From NCBI GenBank assembly GCA_963667725.2, contig CAXXHO010000003.1:1632001-1696000 (forward strand): a DNA stretch of 64,000 nt, given 5' to 3'. The stretch comes from Treponemataceae bacterium. Lineage in GTDB: Bacteria > Spirochaetota > Spirochaetia > Treponematales > Rectinemataceae. A program made the position numbers and the translations under genes. Under the pieces are notes generated by a model. That model saw nothing but the letters and a program-made list of their open reading frames with translations, did no database searches and was not told the DNA's origin. Below are positions 36,672-46,867 of this stretch, in pieces. Within the stretch, counting starts at the first letter, position 1; every line of letters starts with the position of its first letter.

Positions 36672-37778
36672 TCAATCGGCGAAGGGCGACTCCAGCAGTT
36701 CAAGGCTGGGGGCTTCGGCGTTCATCCTGTAGCTGAGGCCGAGCGGCAGAGTCAGCGTCGGGGCGCAGTGCCCCGCCTCGATGCCAGCGAGAACGGGTTT
36801 TCCGCAAGGCAGGATAAGGTCGCGAAGGATTTCCTCGATCGTCAGCGAGCGTTTGCCCGCGGCTGGGGCGCAGCGGGTCCAGGCGCCGATAGCGACGCCA
36901 GCGCAGTCTTCGAATTTTCCAGCCAGGCGCAGCTGGTTCAGCATCCTGTCGATGCGGTAGGGTGCCTCGTCTATATCCTCGATGAAAATGATTTTTCCCC
37001 GCGCGTCGAGCTCCCAGGGCGTGCCGATGGTGGCCGCGATGAGGGAAAGATTGCCTCCCGTGAGTTCTCCCTCGGCGATTCCGCCCGAAAGGGCATGGAA
37101 GGGACGGCCCGAGGGATTCTCGAGGCGGAGGATTGGGGCCGCGGCGGCTTTGGAGGCCGTGTCGGAGGTGGCGGCTATGGAGGCCGGGCTGGGGGTGGCG
37201 GCGCTGGAGGCCGGGTCAGGGGTGACGGCGTTGGAGGCCGGGTCAGGGGGGTCTGGAAGCCCGAAAAGCGCGGTTTCTAAGGAAGCCCTCGAAGCCGGAT
37301 CGAACTCGGGCACCATGTCGGAGGAAGGCATGGGGCCATGGAAGGTGACAAGTCCGACCGATTGGCGAAACGCGATATGGAGGGCGGTTATGTCGCTGTA
37401 GCCCAGGAAAACCTTGGGATGGGCGGCGATAATCGAGTAGTCGATGAGATCGAGGATGCGCGGCGTTCCGTAGCCGCCTTTGAGGCAGATCACGGCGCTG
37501 GTATCCGGATCGAGAAAGGCGAGTTCCAGCTCACGGGCCCGGGTCGCGTCTACTCCGGCGAGGTAGCCGTAGGCGTCGGCGCAATGGGGCGAAGCCTTCA
37601 CGCGGAAGCCGAGGTCAGTAAGGGCGCGTATGGAGGCTTCGACCCGGTCGGGGCCGCTGGCGGCGCCCGAGGGGGCTACGAGGGAGACTGCGTCACCTCG
37701 GAGCAGCCGGCGCGGCTTGAGGCGCCGCGGGGCGGGCGGGGGCCGGAAGGAAGCCGCGCCGGCGGCAACGGCCTTCAC
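36672..37778 (-). CDS. LD-carboxypeptidase (S66)
   Basis: KGGYG, GYSDIT, GGNLS, IEDIDE and AGH motifs. Confidence 0.9.
   Translation of the reverse strand: MKAVAAGAASFRPPPAPRRLKPRRLLRGDAVSLVAPSGAASGPDRVEASIRALTDLGFRVKASPHCADAYGYLAGVDATRARELELAFLDPDTSAVICLKGGYGTPRILDLIDYSIIAAHPKVFLGYSDITALHIAFRQSVGLVTFHGPMPSSDMVPEFDPASRASLETALFGLPDPPDPASNAVTPDPASSAATPSPASIAATSDTASKAAAAPILRLENPSGRPFHALSGGIAEGELTGGNLSLIAATIGTPWELDARGKIIFIEDIDEAPYRIDRMLNQLRLAGKFEDCAGVAIGAWTRCAPAAGKRSLTIEEILRDLILPCGKPVLAGIEAGHCAPTLTLPLGLSYRMNAEAPSLELLESPFAD
37141..37250. repeat. In-frame 27-bp tandem repeat (4 copies)
   Basis: TGGAGGCCG at 37151, 37178, 37205, 37232. Confidence 0.85.
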
Positions 37779-38962
37779 GAACGCTTACCCAGCAGCCTGG
37801 CGACCAGGCCCGCCTGCATGGCGACGCCGATGGGCAGACAGCCTTCGTCAATATCGAAGGCATTGGAGTGCAGCGCCGCCGTAATCCCCTTCCGGGGATT
37901 GCCGCAGCCTAGATGGTAGAAAGAGCCGGGCCTTTCCTGGACGAAGAAGGAAAAATCCTCGACGCCCATGCTCGCCTTATCCCGCCAGATTATGGAATCA
38001 GAGCCCAGCAGGTCCTTCGCCTCCTCGGCGATGAGATCCACCACCCAATCGTGGTTGATGAGCGCCGCGTAACCCGCGACGATTTCGACTTCCCCTGATC
38101 CTCCGAAGGCGACGGGCAGGTTGGCGACGATGGCCCTCACCCTCTCCGCGATTTCGGCCCTTACCTGAGGATTCGTCGTCCTGATGGTGCCTGTCATCCT
38201 CACCTCATCGGCGATGATATTGTTGCGGGTGCCTCCCTGGATGGTTCCAAGCGTCAGCACGGCTTCCTGGAGGGGAGAAACGTAGCGGGAAACCACCGAA
38301 TGGAGCGCGTCCACGACCTTGGCCGCTATCATGATGGCGTCGATGCCCGTGCTGGGATAGGCGGCATGAGCTCCCTTGCCCCGTATGGTGACGCCGAGAA
38401 AATCGGAGGAGCCGTTGAGGGCTCCATGCTTCAGCTCGACCTTTCCCACCGGCACATCCGGCATGACATGGAGCCCTATGACGACATCGACGTGGGGATT
38501 CTCGAGACAGCCGTCGGCGATCATCTTCGCCGCCCCGCCCGTCGTCTCTTCGGCGGGCTGGAAAAGAAATTTGACCGATCCAGCCAGCTCGTTTTTATGC
38601 TCCATCCAGTATTTCGCCGTGCCCAAAGCGATCGTCATATGAGCGTCGTGGCCGCAGGCGTGCATGTAACCCTTGTGGCGGGACGCATAAGCGCGATCGG
38701 CGGGTTCATTCACCGGCAAGGCATCCATGTCCGCCCTCAGGCCGATCACTTTGCCGGATTTTTTGCCCTCGACGAGGGCCACGACGGAGGTCCGTCTTTT
38801 TTCATAGGGGATGCCAAGCTCTTCCAGAATGCCGCAGACCGCTCCCTGCGTCTCGAACTCGGCGTCGCCGGCTTCCGGTATCCGGTGGAGCGCTCTGCGC
38901 GTCTGAACGAGCCAGTCCTTCATCGTTTTCGTCGCTTCCAGCAATTCCTTATCTGTCGACAT
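37775..38962 (-). CDS. M20 amidohydrolase
   Basis: LRADMDALP, MHACGHDAH and FQPAEE motifs. Confidence 0.92.
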   Translation of the reverse strand: MSTDKELLEATKTMKDWLVQTRRALHRIPEAGDAEFETQGAVCGILEELGIPYEKRRTSVVALVEGKKSGKVIGLRADMDALPVNEPADRAYASRHKGYMHACGHDAHMTIALGTAKYWMEHKNELAGSVKFLFQPAEETTGGAAKMIADGCLENPHVDVVIGLHVMPDVPVGKVELKHGALNGSSDFLGVTIRGKGAHAAYPSTGIDAIMIAAKVVDALHSVVSRYVSPLQEAVLTLGTIQGGTRNNIIADEVRMTGTIRTTNPQVRAEIAERVRAIVANLPVAFGGSGEVEIVAGYAALINHDWVVDLIAEEAKDLLGSDSIIWRDKASMGVEDFSFFVQERPGSFYHLGCGNPRKGITAALHSNAFDIDEGCLPIGVAMQAGLVARLLGKRS

Positions 38963-39002
38963 TCCTGACTCCTTGATTTTTACGGTCGCGCGGATCGGCG
39001 GA

Positions 39003-40199
39003 CTAGAGCCGCCGCAGCGTCGATCCCGAGAGACGATTATCCAGAGCGACAACCTTCCCTCTTCGCGTATATAAGCGAGGGACCCTTCTTCCGATGCCGC
39101 ACAGCAGTTCGTTCCTGTTGGTGGATCCCCAGTCGGAAGCTTCATTTAGGCTAATGGCGCCGCCGCCCAGAAGGATCACTTCGTCGCCTTCGGCAACGCC
39201 ATCGATGGCTCCCACGTCCACCATGGTCTGATCCATGCAGACGAGGCCAACTACTGTCGCTCTCTTCCCCCTGATGAAGACCTGAGCCTTGTTGCCGAAG
39301 CGCCGGGGATAGCCGTCGGCGTACCCGACGGGAAGCGTGGCCACGAGGGTGCCTCCCTTCGGAGCCTGCCATGAATCGTCGTAGGAAACCATTTCGCCCT
39401 CATCCAACCGCCTGATTCTCGCGATCCGCGTGATAAAAGTTCCCGCCGGGGGAAATGGGTACGCATTGTATTCAGGCCCCATTCTCGAAGGCCTGACGCC
39501 AAAGAACGCCGCCCCTACCCTGACCATGTCGAGCCTGAATTCGGGGTATCGGACGGCGCCTATGCTGTCGCAGACATGGCGCAGCCCGGTCGGAATGCCC
39601 TTCGCGGCACAGCCGTCAAGTATTTTATTATAGGCCGCGAACTGCGCCACGTCCGATTCACGATCGCGAAGCGCGAGATGGGTGAAGGTTCCCCGCAGTT
39701 CCAGTCCCGGCATTTCCGCGATAGCCCCGATTATGCCGACGGTATCCTCGTAAGGCTTCATGCCAAGCCGGTTCATCCCGGTATCCAGCTTGATATGGAC
39801 GGGAAGAACCGCGCCTGCCATGACCGCCGCGTCGGAAAAAGCCTGGGCGTTCTTCGCGTCGAACAAGGTGGGCATTACGCGATGCTCGACGGCAAGGCCG
39901 GCGAATTCCTCGGGGGTATGCCCCATGACAAGGAGTTCGGCATCGGGGAAGGCTCTCCGCAGCTCAAGAGCTTCGGAAATCGTGGCGACGGCGAGCAGGT
40001 CGGCCCCGGCCGCCAGCAGCGTCCCGCCAATCATCACGGCGCCGTGCCCGTAGGCGTCGGCCTTGATGACGGCGGCGATCTTTACCATATCCCCCACGAT
40101 AGTCTTCATGTCCCGGAAATTGGATTCCACGACATCGAGATCGATGGAATAATAGGTCTGTCGGCCCAGACTTCTCAGGATATCGCCGCCGGGCTTCAT
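39003..40199 (-). CDS. alr: Alanine racemase-family protein (paralog 2)
   Basis: VIKADAYGHG, KLDTGMNRLG, GYADG and CMDQ motifs. Confidence 0.85.
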   Translation of the reverse strand: MKPGGDILRSLGRQTYYSIDLDVVESNFRDMKTIVGDMVKIAAVIKADAYGHGAVMIGGTLLAAGADLLAVATISEALELRRAFPDAELLVMGHTPEEFAGLAVEHRVMPTLFDAKNAQAFSDAAVMAGAVLPVHIKLDTGMNRLGMKPYEDTVGIIGAIAEMPGLELRGTFTHLALRDRESDVAQFAAYNKILDGCAAKGIPTGLRHVCDSIGAVRYPEFRLDMVRVGAAFFGVRPSRMGPEYNAYPFPPAGTFITRIARIRRLDEGEMVSYDDSWQAPKGGTLVATLPVGYADGYPRRFGNKAQVFIRGKRATVVGLVCMDQTMVDVGAIDGVAEGDEVILLGGGAISLNEASDWGSTNRNELLCGIGRRVPRLYTRRGKVVALDNRLSGSTLRRL

Positions 40200-41137
40200 T
40201 ATTTCTCGCCCGCCAGACGGGGATTCCCGGCCCCTAAGGCGCCAGAATTCTTCAGGCTCAGTATCATCGCCTCAGAGAACCGCCCTTCGTATATGCCGAG
40301 CGCGGGACCCGTCATCAGCACCGATGGGCGGGAAAGATCAAGGGAAAGAATCCCTCCGGGCATATGGACCTGGACAAGCCCCTCGACCAATCCCAGCTTT
40401 TTGGCGACGCTCGCCGCGGCGCAGGAGGAAGAGCCGCTCGCCAGCGTGTAGCCCGCCCCCCTCTCCCATATTTCTATCCGCAGGTTGTGCCTGTCCAGCA
40501 CCGTGGCGAACTGCACATTGGTCCGCTCGGGAAAGAGCCGATGATGCTCGACAAGGGGACCCAGGCGTTTCGCCAGCCCAGGCGTCGGATCGTCGACAAA
40601 GACGACACAGTGGGGATTGCCCATGGAGACGAAGGTCGCCGAAACGCTTTCGGTTCCCAGTTCCAGCTTCCCTCGGACGAATTCCGGAAGATCGGTCGCG
40701 AGTCCGGCGGCGAAAGCCGAAAAAGAGGGCTCGCCCATATCCACCTTTATACGGGGCGGGTCGAGGCATTCGACCTTCGCCCGGACCCTGCCGCCTTTTG
40801 TGTCCACGGGGAATTCCTCCCCGTTCACGTAGCCTTGTTCCGCGAGAAAAAGGCAGAAAATCCTCAGCCCATTGCCGCTCTTTTCGGCTTCGGAACCATC
40901 CGGATTGAAAATCCTGACCCATGGCGTCGAGGCGCGGCCGAGAAGGCCGGCGGGCATACCCGCAAGATCTTTTTCGGAGGCGAGAGGTCCCAGCAGGATG
41001 CCATCGGAACCGGCGCCCATGTTCCTGTCGCAGATCGCCCGCACTGCGTCGGCAGCGGGCACGAAGGGGAATTCCCTTGGGTCGATGACGATATAATCGT
41101 TGCCCAAGGCATGGTATTTCCTGAACTCAGCCGGCAT
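40199..41137 (-). CDS. dapF: Diaminopimelate epimerase-family protein
   Basis: HALGNDY, SMGNPH and WERGAG motifs; catalytic positions read EKSGNG and ASGSS. Confidence 0.85.
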   Translation of the reverse strand: MPAEFRKYHALGNDYIVIDPREFPFVPAADAVRAICDRNMGAGSDGILLGPLASEKDLAGMPAGLLGRASTPWVRIFNPDGSEAEKSGNGLRIFCLFLAEQGYVNGEEFPVDTKGGRVRAKVECLDPPRIKVDMGEPSFSAFAAGLATDLPEFVRGKLELGTESVSATFVSMGNPHCVVFVDDPTPGLAKRLGPLVEHHRLFPERTNVQFATVLDRHNLRIEIWERGAGYTLASGSSSCAAASVAKKLGLVEGLVQVHMPGGILSLDLSRPSVLMTGPALGIYEGRFSEAMILSLKNSGALGAGNPRLAGEK

Positions 41138-42248
41138 CGGCTCCTCCCTTCGCGATCCTGGGCACGCGCTTCGAGATGCCGCAGGTCACTTCATAATCGA
41201 TGGTGCCCATGAGGCCGGCCAGTTCGCCCGCGGGCAATTCGGGAAGACCGAAAAGAGTAACCTCATCGTCAAGCATGGCTTCGGGGATATCGGTTATGTC
41301 TATCATCACCTGATCCATGCAGATTCGCCCCGCAATGGGCGCCTTCCTCCCCCTTACGATCACGCTGCCTTTATTCGAGAGAAGACGGGAATAGCCGTCG
41401 GCGTAACCGATCTGCAGAAGGGCGATGCGCGAATCCCTCTGCGCGGTGAACAGCCGGCCGTAGCTGACGCTTTCTCCCTTTTTCAGCAGGCGGATATTGG
41501 CTATGGACGCGCAGAGCTGCATGACGGGAAGGAATCCTTCGGGCGGATTCGGATTCGCGTCGGGGGAAAGGCCGTAGAAGAGTATGCCGGGACGGACCAT
41601 GTCGAATCGGGCTTCGGGGATATGGAGAAGGGCGGCGCTGTTGGATATATGACGTATTGGGGGGCAGACACCGGCCGTCTTCATGCCTTTGAGGGCACGC
41701 CGGAATTCCGCGATCTGGCGGTAGGTGAAGGAAGTGTCGGGATTGTCGGCATCAGCGAAATGTGAATAGACACCTTCGATATATAGTCCTTCCATGGACG
41801 CGAGCGAACGGGAAAAGGATTCCGCCTCATCCGGGGAGATGCCTTGGCGATGCATGCCCGTATCGATCTTGAAGTGGATCTTGGCCGGATGATCTCGGCG
41901 GCGAGCGGACTTGGCGAGGGCAAGCGCCAGTTCCAAGGTATAAACGGTCTGGGTGATGTTCTGCGATACGATGATATCGGCGTTCGAGGGATCGGTGGTG
42001 CCGAGAACGAGGAGGGGCGTGGCGATGCCGGCCGAGCGAAGCTCCAGGGCTTCTTCCAGAAGGGCTACCGCGAGGTAGTCTATTCCCGCGCGGTCGAGGG
42101 CGCGCGATACGGCGATGGCGTCATGGCCGTAAGCGTCGGCCTTGACGACGGCGCAGACTTTTGCCTGACCGGCAAGGCTTCGGATTTTACGCAGGTTGTT
42201 GACGAGATTGTCGGTGTGAATATAGGCGGCGGCTTTTCTGTTCATCAT
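41127..42248 (-). CDS. alr: Alanine racemase (paralog 1)
   Basis: VVKADAYGH, KIDTGMHRQG and GRICMDQ motifs. Confidence 0.9.
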   Translation of the reverse strand: MMNRKAAAYIHTDNLVNNLRKIRSLAGQAKVCAVVKADAYGHDAIAVSRALDRAGIDYLAVALLEEALELRSAGIATPLLVLGTTDPSNADIIVSQNITQTVYTLELALALAKSARRRDHPAKIHFKIDTGMHRQGISPDEAESFSRSLASMEGLYIEGVYSHFADADNPDTSFTYRQIAEFRRALKGMKTAGVCPPIRHISNSAALLHIPEARFDMVRPGILFYGLSPDANPNPPEGFLPVMQLCASIANIRLLKKGESVSYGRLFTAQRDSRIALLQIGYADGYSRLLSNKGSVIVRGRKAPIAGRICMDQVMIDITDIPEAMLDDEVTLFGLPELPAGELAGLMGTIDYEVTCGISKRVPRIAKGGADAG

Positions 42249-42254
42249 ATGGTA

Positions 42255-43469
42255 TCAGCCCTTCTCCTGAACTTGGGATTTCGGTTGCGTTATTGGATTT
42301 GATCGGCTCGATGAGCTCGGTCTGCGGCAGGCGGTCAGCGTCTTGTCCCATATGAACAGATCGGCTTTCGCTCCCAGCTCTATGCTTCCCCCCTGCCCGC
42401 GGGCCGTGAAGCCGAGGGCGGCGCCGGGCACGAGGCTCATGGAGGCAAGCGCAGGGGCGAGAGAAAGGCCGGTAGCCGTCATATAGGATTGGACGATCTG
42501 CATGCCTAGTTTATTGGATCCGATAAGCGTGCCCGTTTCGCTGTAGCGCACGCCGTTCATGCTGGAGACTATGGACTTTCCGAAATAGCGGTAGTCGCCG
42601 TATTCCAGGCCTGCGGAAACCACGGCGTCGCTCGTGAGGATGAGGCGTTCAGAGGGGATACAGCGCGAAGCGGCTATCATGCTGCTGCCGTTCACATGGA
42701 TACCGTCGGCGTTGAGCTCGGTCCACGCGGGGATGCCCGCGAGGGCTACGTTGACGAGGCCGCCGCCGCCGCTGCGGTGGTCCAACCCGCTCATCGCGTT
42801 GAAGAGGTGGGTCACGGAAAAGGGCGGCGGCGGCAAGGCGACCCCGGCGCTCGCGCCCGAGTGCCCCAGCGAAACGAGGACGCCGTTCTCCCTCAGTATC
42901 GGATAGAGCGCCTCGGCGCCCGGCAGTTCAGGCGCGAGCGCCATTATCCTGAGCCTGCCCCTGGCCGTCTCGATTATTTTTCGGCACAAGTCCGTGTTCG
43001 GAGCCTCTATCTGCGGCAGGTTTATCCCTCCGCGATGCTTCGGGTCGATGAAAGGACCTTCGATATAAATTCCTGGAATAGTCTCCATGGGCAACCTCGA
43101 AGCCTCGATGGCATCCACAAGCCTTCCCACGGCCCCCTCGTCCCAGAGAATGGTGGGGACAAAACACCCCACTCCCCTCTTTTCCAGCTTCCCCGCGACT
43201 TCGAGGATATCCTCGGCGCCACGGACGCTTTCAAAACCAATGCCGAAGGCCCCATGGATATGCATTTCCACGAGCCGCGGCGCTATATAAGAACCGCCGC
43301 AATCGACAACGGCCAGATCGCGGTCTCCGGGATTGGATGCCAGGTATTCTTCAAGAGTTTCGCCGCCGATATGACGGATACTCCCCTCCTTGACGACGAG
43401 GATTCCCCCTTCGAGAAGCCTGTCGGGCAGGACGAATGTGCCTCCGGAGAGGATTTGAATGTCAGCCAT
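42255..43469 (-). CDS. nagA: N-acetylglucosamine-6-phosphate deacetylase
   Basis: HIHG, EGPF, GHS, THLFNAM and ADGIH motifs. Confidence 0.88.
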   Translation of the reverse strand: MADIQILSGGTFVLPDRLLEGGILVVKEGSIRHIGGETLEEYLASNPGDRDLAVVDCGGSYIAPRLVEMHIHGAFGIGFESVRGAEDILEVAGKLEKRGVGCFVPTILWDEGAVGRLVDAIEASRLPMETIPGIYIEGPFIDPKHRGGINLPQIEAPNTDLCRKIIETARGRLRIMALAPELPGAEALYPILRENGVLVSLGHSGASAGVALPPPPFSVTHLFNAMSGLDHRSGGGGLVNVALAGIPAWTELNADGIHVNGSSMIAASRCIPSERLILTSDAVVSAGLEYGDYRYFGKSIVSSMNGVRYSETGTLIGSNKLGMQIVQSYMTATGLSLAPALASMSLVPGAALGFTARGQGGSIELGAKADLFIWDKTLTACRRPSSSSRSNPITQPKSQVQEKG

Positions 43470-43617
43470 ACTGCTCCGTATTGTCGTACAGCTTGGCCTC
43501 GCGTGTAAAGGCAAGGGAACTTCTTTCTTCGGCGTACATGACAAGGTTCCCGCTTCTGGGCTATCATGGATCGACCAATCGCCCCAAGGAACACTCGATG
43601 ACTCCCAAGGAACGACG

Positions 43618-44418
43618 ATGAAAAACGAAAAAATCGGCAATATCGCCCTCGACATGGACGGCACCATACTCGACAAGAACTATGTCCTCTCCGCTGCCGT
43701 AAAAGACACGCTGATCGCCTGCCGCGCGATAGGGAAAAAAGTAATCATATCGACCGGCCGCGTTTTCGCTTCCGCGAACAAGCATATCTCCGCCCTTGGC
43801 GGAGTCGACGGTTTCGTCTGCTCGAATGGCGCCGATGTCTATGACGGCAAGGGCATGATGATCGCCCAGACGCATATGGACGATGAGCTTTCCCGCCGGT
43901 TTGTCGATATAGCCCGCGCCTGCGATTCGCATTTTCACGCCTTTATCGGCGACAATTGGTATTATGAACGCGAAAAGACCTATACACAGTTCTATATCAA
44001 GCGATCGGGTCTCGAGGGAAACCATGTGAATTTCGACAATTTCGAAAAACTTTCTTTCACCAAATGCATGTTCCTGGACGATCACGAAAAGCTCGAAATC
44101 ATAAGAGAGAAGATCGAGGCGACGATGAGCGGCAGCGCCCAGGTCATGTATTCCGCTCCCTTCATGCTCGAGGTTGTCGTAAACGGGGTGAGCAAGGCAT
44201 CGGGGCTGCGGTCCTGCGTGGGCCACTGGGGCGGCAGCCTGGACGAAGTCATCGCGTTCGGCGACGCGGGCAACGACGAGGACATGCTCCTCGCCGCGGC
44301 GGTCGGGGTAGCCATGGGCAACGCTTCCGACGAACTGAAAGCCAAGGTCGACGCCGTGGCTCCTTCGGTCGACGAGGATGGCGTCGCGGTCTTCTTAAAG
44401 GATTTTTTCGATCTTTAG
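43618..44418 (+). CDS. Cof-type HAD-IIB hydrolase
   Basis: DMDGT, STGR and FGDAGNDEDM motifs. Confidence 0.9.
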   Translation: MKNEKIGNIALDMDGTILDKNYVLSAAVKDTLIACRAIGKKVIISTGRVFASANKHISALGGVDGFVCSNGADVYDGKGMMIAQTHMDDELSRRFVDIARACDSHFHAFIGDNWYYEREKTYTQFYIKRSGLEGNHVNFDNFEKLSFTKCMFLDDHEKLEIIREKIEATMSGSAQVMYSAPFMLEVVVNGVSKASGLRSCVGHWGGSLDEVIAFGDAGNDEDMLLAAAVGVAMGNASDELKAKVDAVAPSVDEDGVAVFLKDFFDL

Positions 44419-44547
44419 CTAAGGCCTAACCTTTATTTTCTCGCCTTGATTTCATCCTTGACCCTTCGAGGCTGTCTTGGATATCATTGCGGCGTTGCGC
44501 GGCCACGCGGCGTCCTCCGGACGGCCCGCGTTCCCGCTTTTCGACGA

Positions 44548-44633
44548 GCCGGGGTGGTGGAATTGGCAGACACCAGGGACTTAAAATCCCTTGCTGTGCA
44601 AACGGCGTGCGGGTTCGAAACCCGTCCCCGGCA
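44548..44633 (+). tRNA. tRNA-Leu(TAA)
   Basis: GCCGGGG/CCCCGGC acceptor stem, AGGGA-CTTAAAA-TCCCT anticodon arm, long variable arm, GGTTCGAA T-loop. Confidence 0.95.
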
Positions 44634-44679
44634 TTATTTGGATGTAGGGTTTCTCTGACGGTTCTCTCGGGGGGAAGGC

Positions 44680-45273
44680 ATGAATCCTGATCTATTGCCC
44701 ATGATTTCCTATATTTTCATCACCACGTTTACCCCCGGGCCCAACAATCTTTCCTCGGCCGCGGCGGGCATCAAGGTCGGGCTCCGGAGAACCCTGCCTT
44801 ATCTCTTCGGGATTTCCTCGGGCTTTTTCTGCGTCCTGGCGAGTTCGGGGCTATTCAGCGTCTTCCTGCGCACGCGCTATTCGGCCATAGCTCCCTATCT
44901 CAAATGGCTGGGGTTTTCCTATATGATCTGGCTCGCGGTATCGCCGTTTATAAAGCATAAGTCCGCCGGCCTGAAAGACGTAAGCTATTCCTACCCTACC
45001 GGACTGCTACTCCAGATCGTCAATCCCAAATCCATCCTCTATGGAATAACCATTTACGCTTCTTTTTTCGATTTGCTGGCAGGCAGCGTTCCCAGAGTCC
45101 TCTTCTCGGCTTTCCTGCTGACGATCGTCGGTTTCGTCTCGATCCTCACATGGACGCTGGCCGGCACCGCCCTGACAAAAATCCTCAAAGGCCCGAAAAG
45201 CGAGCTTATTTTCAATGTCGGCATGGGAATTTTATTGGTCTACTCGGCTATTTCCATCGTGTCCCATTCATGA
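44680..45273 (+). CDS. LysE-family exporter
   Basis: TPGPNN and QIVNPK motifs. Confidence 0.88.
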   Translation: MNPDLLPMISYIFITTFTPGPNNLSSAAAGIKVGLRRTLPYLFGISSGFFCVLASSGLFSVFLRTRYSAIAPYLKWLGFSYMIWLAVSPFIKHKSAGLKDVSYSYPTGLLLQIVNPKSILYGITIYASFFDLLAGSVPRVLFSAFLLTIVGFVSILTWTLAGTALTKILKGPKSELIFNVGMGILLVYSAISIVSHS

Positions 45274-45364
45274 TATTGCCGCCCGCGCGGTAATATCATC
45301 TCGCCATCCGGGTGGCAGAGCTGTCAACGGCTACCGCTCAAGCCCTAGAGAAAGGTTGCCCGAT

Positions 45365-45790
45365 TTATCGGCAGGCCAGTTCGTCCATCCTGCGCAGACG
45401 CCGCGAGAGATCTCTCGCGAGGTTCATCACTAGAAGGGAGAAAGCCTTGAGGTCGACTTTGGATATTTCGTAAAGGGCGCGGTTGGAGATGGTGACGACT
45501 TCGAGGGGTTCCTGGGCGATTATGGTGGCGATGCTGGGCATGACGTCGATGAGTTCCATTTCGCCGAAGGTCTCGCCCTCGCCCAATTCGGCGATGACGA
45601 TGCCTTGTTTGGAGACGCTCACGCGCCCGCCGATGATGAAGAAGATTTTATCGTTGGGATCGCCCTCGCGCATGGGCATATCGTCGGCATCGTAGCGGGC
45701 ATATCCGAAAAGCGGTTTGATCCGCTCTATCTGTTCGGGCAGCACGCCGCCGAACAGGGAATACTTCTGCAGTGCGTTAGTGTCGATCAT
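45365..45790 (-). CDS. Cyclic-nucleotide-binding domain protein
   Basis: GETFGEMELID motif. Confidence 0.85.
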   Translation of the reverse strand: MIDTNALQKYSLFGGVLPEQIERIKPLFGYARYDADDMPMREGDPNDKIFFIIGGRVSVSKQGIVIAELGEGETFGEMELIDVMPSIATIIAQEPLEVVTISNRALYEISKVDLKAFSLLVMNLARDLSRRLRRMDELACR

Positions 45791-45921
45791 CGCTCCCCTC
45801 GATTCCATTATACCTCATCCTATGCATTTTTGTGGATAATTTTGCTACATTGGAAAAATTGAAGGCTGGGGGCGCCGATTCAGGTCCCGACGGATTCAGG
45901 CGCTGCTCGGTCCGTCCGTGT

Positions 45922-46860
45922 TCAGGCCTTGCCGCGGGGGTTGGCGATGCCGAAGGGGACATGGACGCAGGCGGCCATGGGACCGGCCCCTTCGAGATGG
46001 CTCAGCTGATCGTCGAAAAACAGGTGGGGCTTGAAGACTTCGAGAATCCGGCGCTTATCGATGCCGCCCAGGAAGAATATTTCGTCGGTAAAAATGCCCC
46101 AGCTTTTGAGGGTGTTGATGACGCGTTCGTGGGCGGGGGCATTCCGGGCGGTGATGATCGCCGTCCTTACCGCCGTCCGGCTTCCGGAATCCTGGCCGAG
46201 TCCTTGGCGCTGATGCTTCTGGAGGGCCGCGAGCTTTTCGAAAAATGTCTTCATGGGACCGGGATCGAGGGGATTGTCGGCGTTGCGGAGTTCGGCGTCA
46301 GCGAAGGCTTCGCGGCCCCCGGGCGAGCGGTACAGGCGCTCGGCCTCATCGTCCGCGATGACGCCGTCGAAATCGAAGGCCACCCTGAGTTCGCCTTCTT
46401 CGTCCTCGCCGAAGCCTGAGGACATGATGAGTCCGGCGGGCAGGCCCGCTTCGATGGCTGAGCGCACGTCCTCGGGGTTCGCCGAAAGAAAGAGCGACGC
46501 GTTGAAGGCGGAAATATAGGGATAGGGGGAGCGGCCATCCAGGAAAGCCGCCCGGACAATATCGAGATCATAGTGGCGTATGGTCTTGAAGACGCGAATA
46601 CCCGCCTCGGGATCGTTGCGCGACAGAAGCACGACTTCGGCGGGACCTTCGCCCTGCGCGAATCCTTTGTTGAGCGAGAGGAAGCGGCGTATGAACCAGA
46701 ACGCGTTGCCCCGCTCCAGCGGTTCGTCGCTCCGGGCGCTCATCCATTCGCGGTATTCGTCGTCGCCCCGCGTCCTGAATATCTCATCGGAGGCCTTGAG
46801 ATCGAAGAGAGCGCTCGACGAGACCGCGATGACGATCTTGCTTTCAATGGGATACGGCAA
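45922..46860 (-). CDS. 5'-nucleotidase
   Basis: AVSSSALFDL, RVAFDFDGV and FFDDQ motifs. Confidence 0.88.
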   Translation of the reverse strand: MPYPIESKIVIAVSSSALFDLKASDEIFRTRGDDEYREWMSARSDEPLERGNAFWFIRRFLSLNKGFAQGEGPAEVVLLSRNDPEAGIRVFKTIRHYDLDIVRAAFLDGRSPYPYISAFNASLFLSANPEDVRSAIEAGLPAGLIMSSGFGEDEEGELRVAFDFDGVIADDEAERLYRSPGGREAFADAELRNADNPLDPGPMKTFFEKLAALQKHQRQGLGQDSGSRTAVRTAIITARNAPAHERVINTLKSWGIFTDEIFFLGGIDKRRILEVFKPHLFFDDQLSHLEGAGPMAACVHVPFGIANPRGKA

Positions 46861-46867
46861 TGTTCTT

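Noticed and set aside
44548..44633. tRNA-Leu as a second integration site
   Set aside because: No duplicated 3' end or integrase seen; the flanking genes are host-like.
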